IMG/VR virus record: IMGVR_UViG_3300031673_000011
Span: 1 to 64,000 of that record
DNA length: 64,000 bases
Strand: one strand, 5' to 3'
DNA from: a virus
Within the stretch, counting starts at the first letter, position 1. The number at the start of each line of letters is the position of its first letter. This document shows positions 61,623-64,000 of the stretch, in pieces. Both the position numbers and the translations under genes were made by a program. The notes under the pieces were generated by a model. It worked only from the letters and a program-made list of their open reading frames with translations, searched no databases and was not told where the DNA came from.

Positions 61623-63353
61623 CTAATTCAAACCAAAATTTATTATTAAGTTTCGTAATATTTGTGGGTCAATTAAACCTCTTTTTTTAATCCAATCATC
61701 TGTTAATATCTCAACTTTATTATGACATTCAATACACAAATAAATTATATTTTCCTTATTATCTCCTCCTCCATTCGCTCTTGGGATAATGTGATGTAGA
61801 CTAATGGCATTTCTTTTTAAACATCTTGGGCATAAATTATTAACATAAATACTCTGAAATTTAAGTAAGTGATATTTTTTAAAATTATCAACAATTTTTA
61901 TAAATTTCTCCCAACTATTAAAGTAATTTGTAACTAATTTTTTGTCTATCTCATTAAATTGATTTTCTAAAAATTTAGAAATTAGCTTTTGTTGTCTTAT
62001 TTGTTTTGGTTTAACATTTTCTCCCATAATATACCATAATTCTTGAATACCGATATGATAAAGAAAATCTTGAATTGTTTTATTTCCATAAATTAAAATT
62101 TCTTCTTCAAAAGGGATTTTTTTATAATTTTTATTGATTTCTTTTTTTATCTTAAGATACTCTCTAACAATTTCAAGAATATTCTTCATTAAAATTAATA
62201 TTAGCTGTTGATTCATATCATCTTCAATTTTTTCTTCAAAATGAACTTCACAATCTATAGGATAAATATAAGTTGGTTTTTTTATTAAACTATTAAAAAA
62301 ATAAATATTTCCTGAAAGAACTTGTCTTACTTTATATGCCCCTGGATGATTTCCAACAAAATCTAAAATTAATGCTTTTTCTTTCTTTGGATGTTTTCTC
62401 AATGCTCTACCTATCTGTTGAAGAATTAACCCATATGACATCGAAGGTCTTAATAATAATATGGCATCAGCATCTGGAAAATCAAGACCCTCATTAAATA
62501 TATTTACAGTAAAAATTAATTTAAGGTTACCATTTTTAAATTTATTAAAAATTTTATCCCTTTCCTTTGTATCACAAGTAAATTCTTCACAATCAATTCC
62601 TTCTTTTTTAAAAAATTTTACACATCTTTTTACATGCTTTATACTATTACAAAACCCAATGGTTTTTTTATTAATAGCATACTTTTTATATTTTTCTATA
62701 ATAGCAGAATCCCTCTCATCAATAAATAATCTTTTATCTAAATCTTTCCTGTTATAATCAATTTTTCCTTTTTTTATGTTTGTATAATCTATATTATCTT
62801 TAAAACCATAATAGAAAAATTTAGTTAAATATCCCCTTTTTATAGCATCATGTAAATTTCCAACTGTAATTAAATTATTATTAAACAATTCTATAACATC
62901 ATTCTTATCTAACCTAAATGGAGTTGCTGTTAATCCCAAAAGAAATGATTGAAAGTAATCAATTATATTCTTATAAGTTTTTGCTGGAGAATGATGTGCC
63001 TCATCAATTATTATATAATCAAAAACAGATTTATTTAAATTCTTGTAATAGTTTTTTAATAATTGGATTGTCACAAAATTAAATTTTTTCAAATTATCAA
63101 AACTCTTTTCATTTTTAATTAAATGTAAATTATCCTTTGTAATAAATTCGGAAAAAGCATTATAGGTTTGTTTTACAAGCTCATTATGATGTGCAACATA
63201 AAGAACACTCTTATAATTCATAGAATCTTTAATTGCTATTAAAGTCTTTCCAAGACCTGGAGGCATATTTATTAAAATTTTGTCTGCTCCTTTATCTTTT
63301 TCTACCTTAATTTGTTCTATTGCAATTTCTTGAAATGGATTAAGTTCTTTCAT
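61623..63353 (-). CDS. Superfamily 2 helicase (type III Res-like) with C-terminal HNH
   Basis: PPGLGKT, DEAHH, LTATP, FNEGLD, QQIGRALR; CPRC...HHIIP...GG...LCIECH. Confidence 0.88.
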   Translation of the reverse strand: MKELNPFQEIAIEQIKVEKDKGADKILINMPPGLGKTLIAIKDSMNYKSVLYVAHHNELVKQTYNAFSEFITKDNLHLIKNEKSFDNLKKFNFVTIQLLKNYYKNLNKSVFDYIIIDEAHHSPAKTYKNIIDYFQSFLLGLTATPFRLDKNDVIELFNNNLITVGNLHDAIKRGYLTKFFYYGFKDNIDYTNIKKGKIDYNRKDLDKRLFIDERDSAIIEKYKKYAINKKTIGFCNSIKHVKRCVKFFKKEGIDCEEFTCDTKERDKIFNKFKNGNLKLIFTVNIFNEGLDFPDADAILLLRPSMSYGLILQQIGRALRKHPKKEKALILDFVGNHPGAYKVRQVLSGNIYFFNSLIKKPTYIYPIDCEVHFEEKIEDDMNQQLILILMKNILEIVREYLKIKKEINKNYKKIPFEEEILIYGNKTIQDFLYHIGIQELWYIMGENVKPKQIRQQKLISKFLENQFNEIDKKLVTNYFNSWEKFIKIVDNFKKYHLLKFQSIYVNNLCPRCLKRNAISLHHIIPRANGGGDNKENIIYLCIECHNKVEILTDDWIKKRGLIDPQILRNLIINFGLN

Positions 63354-63672
63354 CTTGTAAATTATGGAATATTTTAGTTACTACAATAGGATTTATCCCA
63401 AGAACTTCAGATATTTTCTCTATTGTTCTAGTCTTTTTTGGAATATAGTATCCAGATAATATCTTAGAACCCATTGACTTTTCAACTCCAAGCATTTGAG
63501 AAAATTTACCAATTGAACCACATCTTAAAATTGCAAAAGAACGCAAGTGTGAAAGGGGCACAAAACTTACATCAATTTTGCTCTGATTACCCTTACTTTC
63601 ACTTAAATGGGTGAATTTTCGTTGAATTTCATCTCTCTCGTGTTGGTCAACTTTAATGCTGTCTTCGTTCAT
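63340..63672 (-). CDS. HTH transcriptional regulator
   Basis: SIGKFSQMLGVEKSMGSKILSG...IEKISEVLGI (XRE-like). Confidence 0.6.
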   Translation of the reverse strand: MNEDSIKVDQHERDEIQRKFTHLSESKGNQSKIDVSFVPLSHLRSFAILRCGSIGKFSQMLGVEKSMGSKILSGYYIPKKTRTIEKISEVLGINPIVVTKIFHNLQDERT

Positions 63673-63747
63673 TTTAGCTTTTGAATAATTTAGTTATTAT
63701 TTCAGAAAATTTAATGCTTTTATAACTATATTATTAAGTATTTACCC

Positions 63748-63782
63748 TTTATAAATCTTTCCCACCACTTAATAGTAGTAAC
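63748..63782 (-). promoter_or_regulatory. Class I promoter (minus strand)
   Basis: Reverse complement identical to the 8222 copy. Confidence 0.8.
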
Positions 63783-63786
63783 AATA

Positions 63787-63957
63787 TTAACCACTACTTA
63801 CAGAATTATAAGCACCCAATCCTAAACCTATAGCTAATCCAGCTACAACTGCTAACCCTATCATCTTAGTCCCAGTCCAAGCAATTTTAGCAACCTCTTT
63901 TCCAGGGTTGTCACCATCTCCCCACAATGTAAATCCAGGTTTGTTTTTATTAGTCAT
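63787..63957 (-). CDS. Small membrane protein (56 aa)
   Basis: MTNKNKPGFTLWGDGDNPGKEVAKIAWTGTKMIGLAVVAGLAIGLGLGAYNSVSSG. Confidence 0.55.
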   Translation of the reverse strand: MTNKNKPGFTLWGDGDNPGKEVAKIAWTGTKMIGLAVVAGLAIGLGLGAYNSVSSG

Positions 63958-64000
63958 CTTCTTCCTTTAATATTAATTCTATAAATTTAACTCGTCAATT

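Noticed and set aside
1-64000. tRNA/rRNA genes, alternative genetic code, head-tail (HK97, terminase, portal) module
   Set aside because: No cloverleaf or rRNA-like GC-rich stretch seen by eye; long genes read through normally in code 11; no recognisable head-tail motifs in this window

Overview
Very AT-rich, densely coding 64-kb segment of what is most likely a large archaeal virus or provirus/plasmid-like element. The host is probably a DPANN archaeon (Pacearchaeota/Woesearchaeota-like), inferred from a captured S-layer gene, archaeal BRE/TATA promoters and an MCM helicase. No ribosomal, rRNA or tRNA genes were seen. It encodes four paralogues of the two-helix, SSV1 VP1/VP3-like spindle-virus capsid fold and a giant N-glycosylation-rich fibre/adhesin that runs off the left edge and is missed by the ORF track. 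Other genes include an HTH-MCM helicase with iteron-like repeats inside the gene, three DNA methyltransferases (one dual-frame coded), several nucleases, an intein, IscU, an RNA ligase, a glycan-modification cluster and a DAC-domain membrane protein. The most striking feature is at 31.7-32.6 kb: a stand-alone RAMP/Cas7-like gene followed directly by two hairpin-flanked non-coding units of 13 and 16 GGT-NN pentamers (constant GGT, variable dinucleotide). This is a candidate RNA-guided system with a gapped guide code and no CRISPR array. Also notable: an 18-copy promoter with invariant 27-bp spacing, a second promoter class at capsid-like genes, and a module-shuffled mini-gene array at 35.7-39.2 kb. 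All family assignments are by motif recognition, not by database search.
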